Virus record (IMG/VR): IMGVR_UViG_3300022908_000002
Location: 1-64,000 of that record
Direction: 5' to 3' (one strand)
Length of the DNA: 64,000 nt
Origin: a virus
Part shown: positions 61,801 to 64,000 of the stretch, piece by piece
Layout: every line of letters begins with the position of its first letter
Numbering within the stretch: position 1 is the first letter of the stretch
Notes under the pieces: generated by a model
Databases searched by the model: none
What the model was told of the DNA's origin: nothing
The model's input: the letters and a program-made list of their open reading frames with translations, nothing else
Position numbers and translations under genes: made by a program

Positions 61801-62077
61801 GATAAATGTTGTCGCATCCGACAGCGGCACTGTCTCCGGATCGGAGCTGACTGCTACAGGCATTGTTGTCGTGTGCAACGACACGGCGACACTGTCTGTT
61901 TTGCACACCATATACATTGCGAAGACGACGGGTGACTTCCGTGTCTTCACATCAGGTGATCCCGTGATGAAGATGCAGTTCACGAGTGGGTCCGTAGAGA
62001 TGGTTGTACATTTTGTCGGCAAGACACCCAAGATGGTGACGCAATTCACCAGTGGCGTAATGGAAGAGGAAAGCTGA
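58871..62077 (+). CDS. large repeat protein: about 26 copies of a ~20-aa D(S/T)G.I.GT(D/E) unit interrupted by two globular domains
   Basis: 1068 aa. One unit near aa 47-59, 6 units in block 1, 19 units in block 2. The central domain has a Trp- and Asn-rich beta-type sequence. Confidence 0.75.
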   Translation: MGTFRRRFDYRARRAPARGLPPVPVAAAYGSGRYGVDYYDIPPVPIVVNDSGTIVGTDSFAALSNDWPRVNSTPTTASVYNSAATLTFSHTTLSQADRLLIVRVHNRASFGHAPVTSVTWNGNALSYFGRFVNGGTDSSIEFWYLKNPTANTTGNVVITPPSSRSIVAGAVTYANVDQNTTFRRNSVIGAEGGTGTAFSVTDNNSRFGDMIIAGVARNISENISPAGGGEDYDVYNGTNLKGEGISRLGAADGTGEVVGWTVATSEFYTVAEIAIFAPGISVADSGTIAGTEGLSRAFANLATDTGTITGTDSVTVAATRLVTDSGTVTATDTVALTSTVPVADSGPIAGTETRTPGVTLPVVDSGLITGTDDLSISLPKSVSDSGTIVGTEGGLTPTQMPDGTIVNWARNPDGNDPLARGPNGGERWIGTSFGLPNQPNGTYWTVTRDSSITYSGTYSILLTLTAAGAAKYAALGFLYIALDGAAGADQPDEVRNRPVILKTGQVLNFSYWMRLAATYVGGNSSATDIYGITTVSNNADASPLSQVVDGNWQRTAGQAVAATGGGAVVFITIPLTGGTTAANITGLQVRLDNIDLLVDQDLFASQGHISGSLGASYGWFGDPDVSASYLLAATTKTPADSGTISSTDAVVVTQALTVPDTGLIVGTETRATVATLPVPDTGLIVGTDGRTITQSLTVPDTGFIVGTDGRLITVPVSVIDTGIIAGTEAFASTMTLPVADSGFIVGTETRVPTVTMPVADTGTVVGIDFPSLQAPNNVPDTGTITGSESTTIAVAITVADSGFIAGTEALVSTQTLTVADTGLMTGVDTVATPSAITINDSGLITGTDAAAITTSLTLQETGLITGTDGRTITAALSVADSRQITGVDAVSVAQGAQAVPVLDSGTIASADSVFVSLSVARADSGTVTSSDTVLVTVIAQPVFDPGVIQSADAVVVQKALRLDDTATITVAEGIFVQINVVASDSGTVSGSELTATGIVVVCNDTATLSVLHTIYIAKTTGDFRVFTSGDPVMKMQFTSGSVEMVVHFVGKTPKMVTQFTSGVMEEES
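59708..60050 (+). repeat. tandem coding repeats, block 1 (6 units of ~57-60 bp)
   Basis: VADSGTIAGTE / ATDTGTITGTD / VTDSGTVTATD / VADSGPIAGTE / VVDSGLITGTD / VSDSGTIVGTE. Confidence 0.8.
60775..61910 (+). repeat. tandem coding repeats, block 2 (19 units of ~60 bp)
   Basis: PADSGTISSTD, VPDTGLIVGTE, VPDTGLIVGTD, VPDTGFIVGTD, VIDTGIIAGTE ... ASDSGTVSGSE, CNDTATLSVLH. Units degenerate towards the 3' end. Confidence 0.8.
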
Positions 62078-62400
62078 TGCCGTTTGAGATAAACGAACCG
62101 CTCTACGGCGGAGAAACATTCTGGTTTCGTATTCCGGATGTTCAATTGAATGACATACCGGTGACAGCCGAGGCCAATGCGCGTCCGGACACCTTTACAT
62201 GGCTCATGACCGATGACACAGGTGCTCCTGTCTCCGGACAGGCGGGCGATATGAGTCACTCATCGGGGATCGAGGGGTTGTGGGAGGCTGTCCTGCTTGC
62301 GCCTTCGACCCCCGCTCGCTATCACGTCCACGCGACGGCCACCAAGGGGCAGAGCGTAGGTAAGTGGCACGACGAGTTCCGGGTGCAGCGATACACATGA
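62077..62400 (+). CDS. hypothetical protein
   Basis: 107 aa. TGATG overlap. Confidence 0.6.
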   Translation: MPFEINEPLYGGETFWFRIPDVQLNDIPVTAEANARPDTFTWLMTDDTGAPVSGQAGDMSHSSGIEGLWEAVLLAPSTPARYHVHATATKGQSVGKWHDEFRVQRYT

Positions 62401-62681
62401 GAAACCGCGCGATTGTACCCACGACTTCGATCAGGGACATCGACTTCCATCAGTTCTGGAATGACCTGAAAACAACGAGTGGTCAGGATTTCCCCTACGC
62501 TTTCGTCAAGTACGTTTACGATGCGAACCCTGAGTTCGTGGATCAAACGAACGCCGTGGCGACGCTGCTCAATCGAGCAGACATGGTCGAGGTCGTCGGC
62601 AACAACATCGCTGCCCAGATGCGCATCAAATACAAGGTGCTTCTGGAACAGTACGAAGAACAACAAAGGGGTGAGGGATGA
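62397..62681 (+). CDS. hypothetical protein
   Basis: 94 aa from ATG 62397 (ATGA overlap). Confidence 0.55.
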   Translation: MRNRAIVPTTSIRDIDFHQFWNDLKTTSGQDFPYAFVKYVYDANPEFVDQTNAVATLLNRADMVEVVGNNIAAQMRIKYKVLLEQYEEQQRGEG

Positions 62682-63139
62682 ACCTCAAATACCAAATGAA
62701 TCGAGCCATGGCATGGTTCGCCGTGATCGCCGCGTCACTGACCATGTTTGTGGTCTGGGCGCAACAGGCATTTGCAGATGACGATCTGCCCGCTGAGGAC
62801 AGTCTGGGTGATACCGGCACGGTCGATACCGGACTGCAAAGCTGGCAACTGATTGTGGGCTTTGTTCTGCCGCTGCTGATCGCCGTGGTGATCAAGAGCA
62901 AGTACACGCCCGCTATCAAGTCGCTGATCATGATGGGTGCGGCTGCGATTGCCACCGCTGTCACGATGTACTTGCAGGGTGATCTGAGTGCCGACGCGGA
63001 CTACGTGGAGAGCTTCCTGAAGGTGGCTGCTCTGACCATTGCCTACTATCAGGGCATCTGGAAACCGACGGGTGTGGCACCCACGATTCAGAAGCAAATC
63101 AACGACGATCCGGGTAACTATCCGACGGTTGCTACCTGA
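62678..63139 (+). CDS. membrane protein (signal-like N-terminus plus about 3 transmembrane segments)
   Basis: 153 aa. AWFAVIAASLTMFVVWAQQAFA, LIVGFVLPLLIAVVI, LIMMGAAAIATAVTMY. Last gene of the late transcription unit. Confidence 0.6.
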   Translation: MNLKYQMNRAMAWFAVIAASLTMFVVWAQQAFADDDLPAEDSLGDTGTVDTGLQSWQLIVGFVLPLLIAVVIKSKYTPAIKSLIMMGAAAIATAVTMYLQGDLSADADYVESFLKVAALTIAYYQGIWKPTGVAPTIQKQINDDPGNYPTVAT

Positions 63140-63176
63140 TACACTCACGATGCCTTTCAAGCGAGGGCACCCTGAC

Positions 63177-63219
63177 AAACAAAAAGGACCGGACGGCTCC
63201 CCCCATCCGGTCCTTTTTG
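63177..63219. terminator. bidirectional rho-independent terminator
   Basis: aaacaaaaa-ggaccgga...tccggtcc-ttttt. The A-run and T-run flank an 8-bp GC stem. Confidence 0.85.
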
Positions 63220-63227
63220 CTATGCGT

Positions 63228-63404
63228 TTAGACAAGGCGGAGATAGATGGGCCATTTTGATTTGTCGGGTTTATCTGTGTCGGCTTTGGTCTTCAGCCGT
63301 TGAATCTCTGCGTCGAGTTCGTCGGTGGTCAGTCGTTCCAACCATTTCTTGTAGAAGTTGATGGGCTGGGGAACGGACGTCTCCACGGTTTGCGGTAGAA
63401 CCAT
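63228..63404 (-). CDS. hypothetical 58-aa protein (absent from the ORF track)
   Basis: MVLPQTVETSVPQPINFYKKWLERLTTDELDAEIQRLKTKADTDKPDKSKWPIYLRLV. GGAG lies 7 nt upstream. Convergent on the bidirectional terminator. Confidence 0.45.
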   Translation of the reverse strand: MVLPQTVETSVPQPINFYKKWLERLTTDELDAEIQRLKTKADTDKPDKSKWPIYLRLV

Positions 63405-63477
63405 CTTCTACTCCGTATATAATTTGTCAATAGGACACAAAAGTCCGTAGCAGTTCACTGTACTGCATGGCGACATC

Positions 63478-63507
63478 TTGACGCTAGTGTACGCCTTGTG
63501 CTATACT
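63478..63507 (+). promoter_or_regulatory. early promoter P12 (TTGACG-18 nt-TATACT)
   Basis: Spacer ctagtgtacgccttgtgc. Confidence 0.7.
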
Positions 63508-63555
63508 ATCATTACGTCATGCTGGACGTGAAAACCGTTACTAAAGGAGCAGTCA

Positions 63556-64000
63556 TTGACCGACTCATTTGATCCCAGACGAATCTGGGACGCCGTTACT
63601 CCCGAAGCGCGGGAGAGCATCACGGTTGCCCTCCAACTGTCCTTCGATGCCGAGGCACTGGAAGTCAAAAACAACTTCCTGTACATTCCCCACGAGTTGG
63701 TCCGCCAAGCGTTGATCGACGCAACAGGCAATCAGTTCAACTGGTCCATCGATCAAGTTTTGTTTCGGGACGATAACGTCCTCAGACGATCAGCCAACCG
63801 GGAGACAGGTGAGATTCCATCCCCGACCGTAATGGTGGTGATCGGAACACTGACGATACCGGGTCTTGGATCACGTTCCGGAATCGGTTCACATGCGATG
63901 GATGCAGGTTCGGGTGAGGACGCTGCCTACAAGAGTGCGGAGTCTGATGCCCTGAAGCGTGCAGCGATGGCGTTCGGCGTCGGCTTGAAGCAGTTGTATA
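63556..64000 (+). CDS. Rad52/Rad22-family single-strand annealing protein (5' partial, runs off the window)
   Basis: TTG start 6 nt after AAAGGAG. ...GSGEDAAYKSAESDALKRAAMAFGVGLKQLY matches the conserved Rad52-like core. Confidence 0.7.
   Translation, partial: MTDSFDPRRIWDAVTPEARESITVALQLSFDAEALEVKNNFLYIPHELVRQALIDATGNQFNWSIDQVLFRDDNVLRRSANRETGEIPSPTVMVVIGTLTIPGLGSRSGIGSHAMDAGSGEDAAYKSAESDALKRAAMAFGVGLKQLY

Noticed and set aside
58871-62077. Diversity-generating retroelement target, considered because of the repetitive fibre-like gene
   Set aside because: The window contains no reverse transcriptase and no template/variable repeat pair with adenine-specific differences. The repeats are ordinary diverged tandem units.
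1-64000. Integrase, attachment site or repressor indicating a prophage boundary; stop-codon reassignment
   Set aside because: No integrase or recombinase motif and no flanking host-like genes were seen. All genes translate cleanly with the standard code and show no recurrent in-frame TAG or TGA.

Overview
The window is almost entirely one densely packed genome of a long-tailed (siphovirus-like) dsDNA phage or prophage. About 90 genes lie on the + strand. Coordinates 1-25.8 kb hold early genes: an SNF2 helicase, a SWIM zinc-finger protein, an XRE regulator and many small orphan ORFs. These are arranged as short operons, each driven by a near-identical TTGACr-18 nt-TATAAT promoter (12 copies on the + strand), and several operons end in intrinsic terminators. 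Coordinates 26.3-28.9 kb hold a ParB-like / ABC-ATPase::GNAT / ASCH cluster. Coordinates 28.9-53.8 kb hold the packaging, head and tail genes: terminase, portal, scaffold, capsid, tail tube, chaperone pair, a 1940-aa tape measure, a distal tail protein and a duplicated beta-helix tailspike. A lysis cassette sits at 53.8-55.2 kb. A second block of fibre- or lectin-like genes follows at 55.6-62.1 kb and includes a 1068-aa protein built from about 26 copies of a 20-aa repeat. After a bidirectional terminator, a new early operon starts with a Rad52-like recombinase that runs off the window end. The main anomaly is a 3.4-kb island at 11.27-14.72 kb. It contains a 0.74-kb purine-rich stretch with no credible ORF, a GC-rich region of degenerate direct repeats, about 1.25 kb of DNA strongly depleted in GG/CC that carries two minus-strand coiled-coil ORFs, a candidate small RNA, and a minus-strand DUF559/Vsr-like endonuclease. 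I found no rRNA, tRNA, CRISPR array, integrase or reverse transcriptase. All functional calls rest on motifs read by eye and on gene order; no database search was possible.
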